Source: Octopus vulgaris (Eukaryota). Taken from it: a stretch of 64,000 nt of DNA. The stretch covers positions 43,090,001 to 43,154,000 of the forward strand of contig OX597837.1 of the NCBI GenBank assembly GCA_951406725.2. Reading direction: 5' to 3'. Below, piece by piece: positions 1-14,765 of this stretch (positions within the stretch are counted from its first letter, which is position 1; each line of letters begins with the position of its first letter). The notes below the pieces were generated by a model, which was not told where the DNA came from, ran no database searches, and saw only the letters and a program-made list of their open reading frames with translations. The position numbers and the translations under genes are program-made.

Positions 1-101
<101 letters not shown>

Positions 102-139
102 GTCAGTATGTCTGCCTGTCTCTGCATACATACACATTC

Positions 140-451
140 CACCAGTGTTGTGTTTTTCGCGCCCATTGCCTCCCTAATCTCTCTCTCCATTTCTCTTTTT
201 CGAAACGTAGAGTAGATGAAACCTTTAGCGATTGAAGAAGGGGTTTTTTCTTTGTGTGAATTGCCCTGTACTCTATTTTTTTGCTGTTTTTAAAGAAATG
301 TCCAGTTCCTTTGGTTTGTGTCTATGTTTTCGTTTCTCATTGTGTTCGACGTCCTTTTGGTGTTCTGTACTCATATATGCGTGTATATGTACATGTAGAG
401 GTAGGTACGCACATATATGTTTATATATATGCATATGTTTTATTTTATTTA

Positions 452-455
<4 letters not shown>
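140..455 (+). mobile_element. Partial copy of the Penelope/retrozyme-like element at 9024-9959
   Basis: Shares cgaaacgt..agtagatgaaac.tttagcga.tgaagaagggg and the ~100-bp terminal block (tgcgtgtatatgtacatgtagaggtaggtacg) with 9720-9959; ends in (TA)n. Confidence 0.75.
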
Positions 456-523
<68 letters not shown>

Positions 524-562
524 TAGATATAGATATAGATATAGATATGCATACATATATAT

Positions 563-745
563 ATGGGACGACCCCCTTCGGTCATGACTGACCATGGGAT
601 TGCTCCTAGAAAGTTACTCTCCAGTGCAAATTTCTTTATGGAAGGCCACAAGTCGCCCATGCATACCAGCAGCCCCCCTCTCCACACCACTGACGTTGTT
701 CAAGGCAAAGACCGATACAGCTTGGCACCAGTGATGTTGCAATTT
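563..745 (-). mobile_element. 3' part of a SINE (same family as 25695-26005)
   Basis: gaccatgggattgc.cctagaa.gttac...agtcgcccatgcatacc shared with the 25.7-kb copy. Confidence 0.7.
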
Positions 746-749
746 ATTG

Positions 750-1317
750 ATAGATAGATATATAGATAGATTGATAGATAGATAGACAGACAGATAGACA
801 GACTGGTTGATATAAAGCTAGCTAGCTAGATATATACGTGGCTGGCTTGATAGACAGAAAACTAAGAGAATTATATAAAGCACAAATAAATATTAGATGC
901 ATAGATAAAAAGTTAGATAGTCAGTTAGAGAGACATTTAGATAGACTGTAAAATAGATCAACAAATAAATAGATAGATGACCCGCTAGACTGATAGACAT
1001 CTATATAAATATATAGATAGACAGATAAATATACAGATAAGAAGATATCAGTCTTAACAGACAAAGAAAAGATTGGACGAATATATAAATATTGTTCTAA
1101 ACAGACAATTCGGAAGATAGATAAATAGATAGATAAATAGATGGATAGATAGATAGACAAACAGATAGATAGATAGATAGGTAGATACGTGGCTGGCTTG
1201 ATAGACAGAAAAACAAGTAAATCTAAGAGAATTTTATAAAGCACAAAAAATATTAGATACGTAGATAAAAAGTTAATATAAACAGTTAGACATTTAGATT
1301 AATCAAATAGATAGGTT

Positions 1318-1386
<69 letters not shown>

Positions 1387-1595
1387 GTATATAGATTGAT
1401 AGATAGATAGATTGATAGATTGATAGATAGATTGATAGACATCTATATAGATCGAGAGATAGAAAACTTTACAGATAGGAAGATATCTGACTTAACGGAC
1501 ATGAAAAAAACTGAGTGGATGAAAGGCAATGATAATATGAACAAATAAATATCGGTTAAACAGCAGGTAGATAGACAGACAGATAGATAGATAGG

Positions 1596-1657
<62 letters not shown>
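750..1657. repeat. Degenerate (GATA)n region with internal duplication
   Basis: tacgtggctggcttgatagacagaaaa at ~835 and ~1187; tgatagacatctatata at ~992 and ~1432. Confidence 0.8.
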
Positions 1658-1658
<1 letters not shown>

Positions 1659-2018
1659 CTTTTTATTGTGGCCACACAGGGCTAAACACAGAATAAAAAT
1701 GGACGAAATACAATGTAGAGTTTTTTCTTTTCGAGGTGGGATGGGTGGGACACAAAGAAAAAGAAACGTTCGATCAATAGGGATCTGTGGGTTGTGTGGT
1801 GTATAAAAATATAATATACATATATATAAATAAAGTTCACAGTTTAGGTGTAGGCCCTGGAAAGAAAAACCTACAAAAAAGACCAAGGTCACCTCAGACA
1901 GTTCGAAAATGAACACATGATAAGTCGCCTTACCTCTCGTTGCCTCTTTTGGTCACAGATTTACGCTTAAAATAGTGTTGTCTTTCATACTGACCATTTT
2001 TGCCACTTTTACCCACTT

Positions 2019-2140
<122 letters not shown>

Positions 2141-2546
2141 GAGTTAGAGAACTCAGAAAGACAGCAAGATTAGCGGCCATTGAAAGCGAGAAAAAGACTA
2201 AGCCAAAACAGAATGTCGAAATGAAAGAACAGAATATTGGATAGAGAACATTATATAATTTAGATAACCATAAAGACTGAAAGACAATTTCATTTTCTCA
2301 TTTATGCTATTGTTAAAATTATATTCCAAAGCGATCCAACATTTTGCCGTATCTTTTCTGTTTTTCTCATTCAATTTAGTTAATGTTATTATTCTGTTAT
2401 TCTGTTATATCATTATTCTGTTATTATCTTATTCGGTTATTTTCTTATTCGATTATGTCATTGTTCTTGCTATATCCTTATTGTTCTTATCTGCGTCATT
2501 ATTGCTGTTGTTATTGTTGTCGTTCACATTTCTATTTTTATTCCAG

Positions 2547-2609
<63 letters not shown>

Positions 2610-2610
2610 C

Positions 2611-2646
<36 letters not shown>

Positions 2647-2657
2647 GTGTATATATG

Positions 2658-2727
<70 letters not shown>

Positions 2728-3037
2728 GCACACATACAGAAACACACATATATATATACGCACACACACATTAAATGCATAGGTGCAGGCAATGGTCTGT
2801 AGTTAAGAAGTTCGCTTTGTAATCACGCGGTTTCAGGTTCAGTCCCACCGGGCAAGTGTCTGCTACTATATCACCGGGCCGACCAATACCTTGTGAATGA
2901 ACTTGGCAAAAGGAAACTGTGTGGAATCTCATCGCATATATACATGTGTGTGTGTTTACTGGGAGTAGTGTGAGATTCGAACCCGCGATCCCTCGACGGC
3001 GAGTCCGCTTCTCTAACCACTAGACCATGTGCCTCCA

Positions 3038-3679
3038 CAGTTGTGCACAATTTCTCTTCTTCATCGAAAATTATTATATCAGGTCTGTTGTGCTTACATT
3101 TTATTGAGGTCTTCACTGAGACATTCCACCAGTATTCCTTTTTATTACGAGTGGCTATGGCTTCTACCATATTGTGGGTTCTTATTTCTTTGTCCTCAGG
3201 ATTACTCTTCCGACGGATTTCAGTTCAGAGTGTCCTAGCTACAACATCATGTTTCATCGGTAGATAAAGAGTGATGACATTTTCGGACAACTGCTTATGA
3301 TGTGGCTGATATCTTCAGTGTGAACTCCACAAAGTTTGCATCGGTTGTCACACTTTACGACTTTACCTGCATCACTATCTCTTTTGTGCATCAGGTACTT
3401 GGTTTATATTTCCTGTTCCTGGATTGCAAACGCATACCCTTCAAAGTGGGAGGTAGTAATCCGATTGTTGGTCCATGATAAACTACTTTGATGATCAATG
3501 TTATTGTCATCACGGAGCTTTCTACTAACATATCCCTGCATAATCTTCTGCTCATGTAGGCTCATCCTTTCATCTCATGATATGTTACGGTAGAGTCGTG
3601 CGACTTCTTTGGGTATGTATTCTAGGTTATCAGACAAAGTGTGTTGCTCAAAGAGCGTCAAGTCAAGCAGCCCAAATCT

Positions 3680-3680
<1 letters not shown>
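3038..3680 (-). mobile_element. R4/Dong-clade non-LTR retrotransposon relic (CCHC zinc knuckle + restriction-like endonuclease)
   Basis: Minus-strand translation: FEGYAFAIQEQEI*TKYL...RCKLCGVHTEDISHIISSCPKM (CCHC)...[frameshift] KHDVVAR...EYWWNVSVKTSIKCKHNRPDIIIFDEEEKLCTTVE (PD..D/E motif); contains stops and a frameshift. Confidence 0.85.
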
Positions 3681-3733
<53 letters not shown>

Positions 3734-3768
3734 TATACGTGGAGATATATATATATATATATATATAT

Positions 3769-3816
<48 letters not shown>

Positions 3817-3852
3817 TATATGTATGTATATATACATATACATATATATACA

Positions 3853-4003
3853 CGACGGGCTCCTTTCAGTTTCCGTCTACCAAATCTACTCACAAGGCTT
3901 TGGTTATGGAAGAAGAGAGATGCCCAAGGTGCCATGCATGGGAACTGAACTCAGAACCATGTGGTTGGGAAGCAAGCTTCTTACCACACATCCACTCGTG
4001 CGT
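3853..4003 (-). mobile_element. tRNA-derived SINE family A, 5' half
   Basis: Reverse complement of the head tgtggtaagaagcttgcttcccaaccacatggttc.gagttcagttcc, as in 30931-31354. Confidence 0.8.
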
Positions 4004-4515
4004 CTATCACCAACATACTGAAAAAATTTTTTCTCTCGAAGGCGATGTTCCAGCATGGCCTCAGTTCAGTAACCGAAAAAACGCGCAAGAAACAGACTAA
4101 ATGACAACACACTGAGCCAGCCTCCACCAACCTCCTTCAACCTCCGGTCTCGCCATGGAAATTTTCCCATCTCCTCTCTCCCCCCTCACCACCGAAAGAA
4201 ACAAATTAAATATTGTTATATTTTGTTATTATTGAATCACACAGTAATCGAATTGATCATTTCAAACTGACAAAGCCATACATTTAAACTGCGTAATATG
4301 ATTAAATACGACTCGATGTTGGAAACAAAAAAAAAAAGTGAAGATAAATATGAAGGAAAAAGCAACTCCGATCGTACTGATCTAGCATCGATTTTATAAA
4401 ATTTAAAAATGTATTTGGTAAAATATTGTTGCTTTAGTTTTATCTCCTCTACCCTCTACTTTCTGTCCTTCTCCATATCCTCCTCCCTCTCTCTGTTTCT
4501 CTCTCTCTCTTTCTT

Positions 4516-4550
<35 letters not shown>

Positions 4551-4599
4551 GTCGATCGTGTAAAAATACGTTTAGGAAAAAAATCAAATAGAGAGAAAA

Positions 4600-4787
4600 C
4601 TGCAGCTAGTTCTGTTGCTATTGCTGTTGTTGTTGCTGTTGCTGTTGTTGTTGTTGCTGTTGTTGTTGCTTCTATTGCCTCTGGCGACACTACAACAACA
4701 ATAACTACTATTGCTACTATCACCACCATTACCACCACCACCACCACCACCACCACCACCACAAAAACAACAACAACAACAACAACA

Positions 4788-4819
<32 letters not shown>

Positions 4820-5098
4820 ATCTACTAGTACAACTACCATCACTACCAAAACCACCACAACCACCACTACTACTACAATAATAACAGCAACAACAGCAAC
4901 AACAACCACAACTACAACTACTATTACTACTACCAAACACACCCTACCACCATCACCATCACCACCACCACCACCATAACAACAAAACCGCAATCAACAC
5001 TACCACCACTACCAGTACTGAAATCACAAAAACCACCACCAACTACCTCTATTAATACCAAAATCGCCACCACCCCACTACCACCACCAAGACTCCTC

Positions 5099-5176
<78 letters not shown>

Positions 5177-5180
5177 TCAC
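4600..5180. repeat. Compound trinucleotide repeats (GTT/ACC/ACA/ACT)n
   Basis: Directly visible triplet arrays. Confidence 0.9.
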
Positions 5181-5824
5181 TGCCTTACGATGGTGAATTA
5201 TGTTGACAACTTTTCATTATTTCAATGATACTTATTTTATCGACCGTGGTGTGATTCGAGCTCAAAGGAAGATGTGCCTAAACCACCGGAAGGAGTTAGT
5301 GTCTTGCGCTCAGCAGACTCTGACTTTCACCGCTCATCACAACAGCAGCAGTAACAACAGAAACACCAGAGACAATGAACCACCCTTTAAGCTGGAGCTC
5401 CAGTTTGGCCTCAGTCTAATAATTATAAAACCAGTAAAAGATAACATGAAAGGCCACACACGGAACCGACCCCTAGCAACACAACTCCGAACTCCCCACT
5501 TGAAAATCCCTATAGAAACGGTATGAGAGGGTTTCAGCGAAGCTGTTTTGGCGTCGCTTACGCAGAGTCGTTGATTCGACGCTGACTTAGTTGACCTCAG
5601 GCATTTTAATGCTCGTCTCGTTTTAATGTCTCATTTCACCCTCTCTCTTTCTCATTCTCTCTGCTTGTGTGGGAACATTTAGTTATGTTTATATGCATGT
5701 GTAATGTTTCTTTCTTTCTTTCTTTCTTTCTCTTTTTCTAAATTTCTTTCATTCTTTTTTTCTTAATTTCTTTCTTTTTTTCTTGATTTCTTGATTTCTT
5801 TCTTTTTTTCTTAGTTTCTTTCTT

Positions 5825-5863
<39 letters not shown>

Positions 5864-6200
5864 ATCCGTATATGTATATTTCTGCTCATGCATTTGTATG
5901 TGTGTGTGCTTGTGTGCGTGTGTTTTCTACCAGTGCCAAAACGTACCGTCACCAAAACAAATTGGATATCCAGGCAGCCGTGCCACTTGGCCCGCATCCA
6001 AATAACTGTGCCCACTCGTCCCATTTGACGATGAAACAGTGCCCCTCGACCATGTAAAGGTTTCCTCATCAAGGTAAATTGTGCATATTAGTGCATGTGT
6101 ATAAATATTTCTCTGACATATACGTATATGTAATAGGTTCTGTGGATCTATAAACAGGGCATATTTTAGCCACTTCTCTGCAGACTGGAAAAATGAACAA

Positions 6201-6242
6201 CCTCAATCAATTTTCAAACCTTATTGGGTTCTCATCAGAGGC
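6201..6242 (-). ncRNA. Degenerate minimal hammerhead-ribozyme-like motif
   Basis: Minus strand: gcct-CTGATGA-GAACC-caataa-GGTTT-GAAA-attgatt-gagg; stem III poor. Confidence 0.4.
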
Positions 6243-6419
6243 GTCTGCATCATTCTAACTGATCTCCACACAAACAAGCAGCAAACTGCTTATATACTCA
6301 ACAAATGCAGCAGTTACTCTATGAAGGAATCCCTAGTTTGTATATCGAAAGTATTTAGCACTCTATAAATACCAGCGGCCTGTCAACGGATCTATAAAAT
6401 AGGGCACACTTATTCTCCA

Positions 6420-6550
6420 TACAGTTCTATATTTAAGAGATGAGGAATTATGTACATTGTTTACATTATTTACATTTGACGGATTTTTTTCCTCATCTTG
6501 TTTGTTGTTAACATAACGTTTCGGCTGATTTTACCCCCCAGCCTTCACTA
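6420..6550 (-). mobile_element. Penelope-like terminal fragment with partial hammerhead
   Basis: Minus strand: (..)TGA-A-GGCTG-gggggtaaaat-CAGCC-GAAACGTTA; 5' core truncated where a SINE head starts at ~6553. Confidence 0.5.
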
Positions 6551-7089
6551 CATATGGCGTAGTGGTTAAGAGCGCGGGCTACTAACCCCAAGATTCCGAG
6601 TTAAAACGTATTTCACTGACGGCCATAATACTCTCCTTTTGTCATGCCCTGTGCGTAGAAAACCCTGCTTCCATTCTACTAAAACTTCCTTGCCTTTTAA
6701 AATAACAGCAGGATAAGATGTGCGGAGAGTTTGGCTGTTATTTCTAACCGATCAATGATCCAAATCAAAGCTCTCCCTCTTGGATTCAAAATATGATTAT
6801 AGTGAGTGTGCGAGCCACTTCGCTGATTAGTCTATCTTCACTTAATTAACGGTGCATAAAATAGCTTATGTTAGATAATATCCTAAATATAATAAGGTGT
6901 GTATACGAATAAGCAATGCAAGTTTTAGCCGACGCTTTGATGTATAATCGATACACAGGAACAAACGTAAACAAGTGTGATATCTTTATTTCCTGTAGAG
7001 AGAAGAGAGTTAAAAATAAAAGACATTTGTCTATGTGTTTTCGCTTACACATTACAGCAACGGTTAAAATTTGTATTGCTTATCAATAC

Positions 7090-7473
7090 TGGAAGCACTC
7101 CGTCGGTTACGACGACGAGGGTTCCGGTTGATCCGAATCAACGGAACAGCCTGCTCGTGAAATTAACGTGTAAGTGGCTGAGCACTCCACAGACACGTGT
7201 ACCGTTAACGTAGTTCTCGGGGATATTCAGAGTGACACAGAGAGTGACAAGGCCGGCCCTTTGAAATACAGGTACAACAAAAACAGGAAGTAAGAGTGAG
7301 AGAAAGTTGTGGTGAAAGAGTACAGCAGGGATCACCACCATCCCCTGCCGGAGACTCGTGGAGCTCTAGGTGTTTTCGCTCAATAAACACTCACAACGCC
7401 CGGTCTGGGAATCGAAACCGCGATCCTATGACCGCGGGTCCGCTGTCCTAACCACTGGGCAATTGCGCCTCCA
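7090..7473 (-). mobile_element. Full-length tRNA-derived SINE family B with target-site duplication
   Basis: A box (tggcccagtggttagg-like) and B box (ggtttcgattcc) on the minus strand; TSD tgcttatcaata (7077-7088) / tgcttatgaata (7475-7486); closely matches 34054-34438. Confidence 0.92.
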
Positions 7474-7630
7474 ATGCTTATGAATAACGAGTAAGTGAAC
7501 AAAATGAAATAAAATATACTCAACACATTTGGTTAGAGTTTTATTTATTTAATAACAGTTTTGGCTCAGTTTATACCGTGAGCATCGTTATACCGCCACG
7601 TCCTCAGATATTCACTCTGCCTCCAAACAT

Positions 7631-7670
7631 CTGATGATGTGTACGTATTCTACATACACGAAACCTTTAA
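7631..7670 (+). ncRNA. Minimal hammerhead-ribozyme-like motif
   Basis: CTGATGA-T-GTGTAcGTA-ttc-TACaTACAC-GAAAC; 8/9-bp stem II; stems I and III degenerate. Confidence 0.5.
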
Positions 7671-7950
7671 GAAACGTAGAACAGAGCCTGACTTATTAGA
7701 TACTGTTTATCATTAGATGTAGTTTGCTATTAAAGATACCAGTTCGGTGATTCTTTAGTACCATACAGTGTTCGTTTCGGCGGTTTACGTACTGAGTTCA
7801 ACTTTGCTTTTAGTCTGTCAGTCCTTTTCTAATTTTCACTTGCTGAAATCGGTCTCTGTTGAGACCAAGAGCGGAATGAATTCTTCTGAGTTTAAAATAG
7901 TTAAGACACGCAGTGTGTCATGACGATGCTCATGCGGCAGGCTAAACTGT

Positions 7951-8240
7951 CACTCCGTCGGTTACGACGACGAGGGTTCCAGTTGATCCGAGCAACAGAA
8001 CAGCCTGCTCATGAAATTTACGTGCAAGTGGCTGAGCATTCCACAGACACACGTACCCTTAACATAGTTCTCGGGGGAGATTCAGTGTGACTCACATTAT
8101 GACAAGGCTGGGACCTTTGAATTACAAGCACAACGTGAAATAAAGTGTCTTGCTCAACGGCTCAACGCGCCGCTGGGAAAGATTTAAGAAAACCAAAACG
8201 TGTGTGGAGTCAGTCTCTCAAATATCAGCCGGTTCGTCTT
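7951..8240 (-). mobile_element. SINE family B-related copy, degenerate head
   Basis: cactccgtcggttacgacgacgagggttcc...gtggctgagca tail shared with 7090-7473. Confidence 0.85.
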
Positions 8241-8580
8241 CTCACTACATGTTTCTTTCAAATTTGTAGCAAATACGACTCCAGTGTGTCAACCAATTTT
8301 TACTTTTGGTTTATTTTGAATAGCCTCCCTTGACTTCGTTTGGTTTAGTTAAACAGTATTCAACAATGTTTACCTCAATTTCATACAAGAGTAGTCTCAA
8401 TTTATTCATCAGGAAGGTCGCTGACAATATTCAAAGAGTGAATTCGCTAACAGGAAGCCGTTCGCTCCAACAAATATATATATAAATATATCTTTTACCT
8501 TTCATCTTTTACTTGTTTCAATCATTAGACTACGGTCATGCTGGGGCACCGTCTTGAAGAAATTTAGCCGAAAGAATCAT

Positions 8581-8630
<50 letters not shown>

Positions 8631-8791
8631 TCATACATGCACGAAAATACACACATACAGACACGTATATACACATGTGCATACATATATATGCTTATAT
8701 ATCTACACATGTACCATGTGCGTGTTTATATGTATGCATGTATATTTGTGTTAGTGTGTGTATACATACATATATATTAATATTAATATTA

Positions 8792-8844
<53 letters not shown>

Positions 8845-9023
8845 TATGTATATATATGATTTTGTAATTTTAATCAGCTGAAAGTTGTAATAGAGCCTCA
8901 AGGGTCGTGCATGGGAGTTATCAAACTTTGATAAGTGCAAAGCACTTATCGAATGAGTTCTATTCATGTTCTAATAAATCTCGAAATCTTTTTCTGTCTC
9001 ACTCCCAGTATATATATATATAT

Positions 9024-9959
9024 ACGTCTTTTTGATGTCCTGTACACATATATGCGTGTATATGTACATGTAGAGGTAGGTACGTACATATATGTTTATA
9101 TATATGGATATATTTTATTAACATATTATACGACTAAACGCACGCACCCTATTAAGTAAGATTGTTCTGTTTATCAAGTTCGCCTTGATATTAACTCTCA
9201 CGCGACTCTGCATCTTTCTTTCTTTCTCTCCCATTCCCTTTTTCGTCTTTTTTCCCTCACTTAACTTGTCTCTTCCTCTCTCTCTCCCCCTCACTGTTCT
9301 TCATGGTCTCCTCGCACCATTCCCCTTCTTCTCTCTCTTCCTCTTGCTCCTCCTCCCCCATTCCCGTCGTCCATCTGCGACGATACTTCCGTCGTAACTG
9401 CTATCCTGTCCTTTCTCGCCCGCCTTCTAAGGCTACTGGTCGACATCTTCCTCTCTCGTCGTCCACTATAATCCAGCGTTTGCAATACTTTTTTCGTCTG
9501 GCGTTAACAGCCCTTCTTATCTTGTTCTCCTTGTCCTGTCTCTCACTGTTATATATTTATTTTTCCACTGTTTATATATATATTTTTTACTGTTTATATG
9601 TTTGTACTGTCGTTACCGTCTTGCTTTTTTTACCCCTCTGCGAAAAGATCTCAGAATTTTAATTGATTTGCTTTTCTCAGGAAGGAATTTTTCTTCGAAG
9701 TATACGTCTCGCTTTTATCCTTCGAAACGTTTAGTAGATGAAACTTTAGCGACTGAAGAAGGGGATTTTTCGTTGTGCTTATTGTCCTGTATCTCCTTTT
9801 TTTGCCTGTCTTGTTCCTTGGTTTGTGTCTATGTTTTTCGTCTCTCTATGTGTTCGACGTCTTTTTGGTGTCCTGTACACATATATGCGTGTATATGTAC
9901 ATGTAGAGGTAGGTACGTACATATATGTTTATATATATGCATATATTTTATTAACATAT
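9024..9959 (+). mobile_element. Non-autonomous Penelope/retrozyme-like element with 103-bp direct terminal repeats, inserted in (TA)n
   Basis: 9024-9126 and 9857-9959 are near-identical direct repeats; both ends abut (TA)n; hammerhead half-motifs at 9676-9765; no credible ORF. Confidence 0.65.
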
Positions 9960-9999
9960 ATATATATATATGTATATATGTTTTTTATCTATCCGTCTG

Positions 10000-10086
<87 letters not shown>

Positions 10087-10434
10087 GACTGTCTGTCTGT
10101 CTGCCTGTCTGTCTGTTCTGTCTGTTTGTCTTTATGTGTCTACCTGTCTATCCACCTAGTTTGATGTGTATCATTGATACAAATTATTGCAAAGTTATAA
10201 GAAAATGATACAGTCCAGTAAAGCATATCATGAACCTATGAAGGAGCCTGTCTGTCTATGCACTGAATGAGCTAAAAATAGCAGTTAAATCTCCATCAAA
10301 GAAGACCTCCTCTCAGATGTTAAAAAAAAGGAGATAAGATATAAGAGAATATGGTTCGTGGTGCCCTGAAGGAAGGGTAAAAGGTGCGATGGTCTCACTT
10401 GTAGCGTCTCCTTAATCGGGATTGACGCTACGCA

Positions 10435-11599
<1,165 letters not shown>

Positions 11600-11924
11600 C
11601 ACGAAGCTGAAAGTTTAAAGAATATGAAAAAAATAAAGAGGGTAAAACATAAAAAATAATAAAAAAAGACAATAGTGTTTTGATGTTAATGAATGAATTA
11701 TTTAATTGAATTTAGAGCTATTTTAATTGATGTTTTCTTTAAACTGTCAAATAGATTCGATATTACACCTAACATCTCATACTAACCCTCTTGTCAGTCT
11801 CTCTCTTTTTCTCTCTCTCTCTCTCTTTCTCTCTCCCCCATGTTGCCCCACCCCACCGCCGCTGTCGCTAGTGTTCCTGTCCTTCTGTTGGTACTGATAC
11901 AACAGCAACAACAAAAGAAAATAA

Positions 11925-11928
11925 CAGT

Positions 11929-11975
<47 letters not shown>

Positions 11976-12056
11976 ATGATGATGATGATGAAGCTACTAC
12001 TACTAATATTGCTGCTGCGACTGCTATTGTTGATGCTGCTACTGTTGCTACTACTA

Positions 12057-12088
<32 letters not shown>

Positions 12089-12129
12089 ACTACTACTACT
12101 AATATTGCTACTGCTACTGTTGCTGCTGT

Positions 12130-12167
<38 letters not shown>

Positions 12168-12285
12168 TTGCTACTGTTGCTGCTACTACTACTGCAGCTA
12201 CTGCTGCACCTCCTCCCCTCATCCTACTACTACTGCTACTTTACAACAACAACACCAACAACTACTACCACTACCACTACTACAA
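11925..12285. repeat. (ACT)/(GCT)n compound repeat
   Basis: Direct inspection. Confidence 0.9.
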
Positions 12286-13416
12286 CTCGATATTTCTTCT
12301 CAATTGTTCTTCAATTCACCATTCTTCTGCCATTGTACATTGAAGTCCAACCTTTCTCTCTTTTATTCTTTCTCCTGGAGAATTTTCCTTGTCTCAATTG
12401 TTCCAATCTCAAAGAAGAACCGCCAAAAATCATTTCTAAGTGCTTTCTGATGGACTCTTGCAGAGATTCCTACAGAGATATTTTGGTCTTCACTTAAAAA
12501 GTCATCACGACAAAAAAAAAAATAAATAAAAAATAAAAGTAAAAATGGACACTCGCATGACATTCTTTAATTAATATGTGTTTAATCATTAATTAATTAA
12601 AAGGCGTGAAAGACACCATCTAGTTCAGAAATAATAGGGAAGTTAGCGATAAATTTAAGGCATGTTGCATTGAAAATTAAAACTAAACAGGAGTAACAAA
12701 TTATAATACAATACACAGTTGTTAAAATTATGTTTTTATTTCCCCGAGAAGCGCTAGAGAAAACTCCGGACACAATCCCGTCTTATTCTGTTCTCATCCC
12801 TCTCTTCAAAACTGATAAATTTGGCTGTTATTTTTCGCACTAACGGTGACTCTAAGAAATCTTCTTCAGTCGTTATAAAAATCTAAACAGCCTTAGGTGG
12901 CAGCCAGTATATACAGTGCATATATACAAATGGTAGACAGTTTGTCTATTGTCTCACTTCGTACTTTGTTTTCATGTTCTTTAAACAAGAAATTTGTTTA
13001 AACTTTCCAGACTATATTGAAATATGTACAATATGATTCATGACTTGGTTTTCTTCGCTCGGAAAAAAAATATATATGTAGTATTTATATTGAAATAAAA
13101 TTTAGAAAGATATTTTGTGTTTCGAGATAATACATACATAATTTTTGGTATGTTTTTGCACAATCAATTAGCAAAATAAATACAAGAACTGGAATTAAAT
13201 GTTGTTACAAAGTTCAGTCTGCAAATAAAACAACGAAGAAATTATTATAAACATTCGCATTTTTATTCAAAAAGTGTGCAGACTTGTAAGAATAGAAAAC
13301 ACAATTTGTCTTTCGAGATTTATTTATTTATACACACATTACAATAACAGTCTCCTCTCTCTCTCACTTTCTCTCTCTCCCTCTCTGTGTATATGTATGC
13401 ACGTATGTATGTATAT

Positions 13417-13648
13417 ATTTCTTTACTACCCACAAGGGGCTAAACACAGAGAGGACAAACAAGGACAGACAAAGGGATTAAGTCGATTACATCGACCCCA
13501 GTGCTCAACTGGTACTTAATTTATCGACCCCGAAAGGATGAAAGGCAAAGTCGACCTCGGCAGAATTTGAACTCAGAACGTAACGGCAGACGAAAAACGG
13601 CCACGCATTTCGCCCGGCGTGCTAACGTTTCTGCCAGCTCGCCGCCTT
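13417..13648 (-). mobile_element. tRNA-derived SINE family C (central domain gcctttcatcctttcggggtcgataaa, MetaSINE-like)
   Basis: Head ggcggcgagctggcagaaacgttagc...gagttcaaattc; flanking direct repeat acgtatgtatgtatat at 13401-13416 and 13655-13670. Confidence 0.9.
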
Positions 13649-13683
13649 GAACGTACGTATGTATGTATATGGATGTACGTATA

Positions 13684-13898
13684 CTCTTTTATTCTCTTTT
13701 ACTTGTTTCAGTCATTTGACTGCGGCCATACTGGAGCACCGCCTTTAGTCGAGCAAATCGACCCCGGGACTTATTCTTTTTTGTAAGCCCAGTACTTATT
13801 CTATCGGTCTCTTTTGCCGAACCGCTAAGTGACGGGGACGTAAACACACCAGCATCGGTTGTCAAGCAATGCTAGGGGGACAAACGCAGACACGCAAA

Positions 13899-13940
<42 letters not shown>

Positions 13941-14112
13941 CATATATACGACAGGCTTCTTTCAGTTTCCGTTTACCAAATCCACTCACAAGGCATTGGT
14001 CGGCCCCGGGGCTATAGCAGAAGACACTTGCCAAAGGTGCCACGCAGTGGGACTGAACCCGGAACCACGTGGTTGGTTAGCAAGCTACTTACCACACATT
14101 ACTCTAGCGCCT
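13684..14112 (-). mobile_element. Full-length SINE family A with internal (TA)n(TG)n
   Basis: Head, internal microsatellite and tail ...gcagtcaaatgactgaaacaagtaaaagag all present. Confidence 0.9.
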
Positions 14113-14765
14113 ATATATACGTATATATACGTATATATACGTATATATATGTATATATGTATGTCTGTATAAGACACACTGTTTATGTATGTACAAGTAT
14201 CAAATGTTACTCCGCGTCGAATGCGACAGTATCCGAATGGGAGATCAAGTGCTGGAGGGTCGGGAAACGGATAGCATGCGCCCTTTAGGTACAACAATTG
14301 TTACAAATGATAAAATATCACATTTTGTTTGCAGAAACACGAAAAGACACTTAAGTTATGTCGGTAGTTATGTACAGACGTTACATAAACTCCTTCGTAG
14401 CATACATAAGACAAACCTGATATGCGTCTTACATTATATATTAAAAGTATTACCTTTAAGAAGCATTTTTAAAATATTGCTAACTTGAATATTCTCTTAG
14501 AAAGATGAAAGGAATGTTAAACTTTAAACCGCATTCAAGGCAGCTCTTCAGCATGGCTGCAGTCTAATTAGTGAAACAAGTAAAAGATTAAAAGATGATT
14601 CCGCTATTTGCAATGAGTGGATGACAACAAAATCATAGCAGTGGCGCACTACTCTGGTGGATATAATCACGTTAACATAAAACAATTGTGGCCAGAAATG
14701 CTTATTTTACATCGCACATGATCACGTGATCGACCAGGCGATCGGATGTTCTTACACATTGCTGG

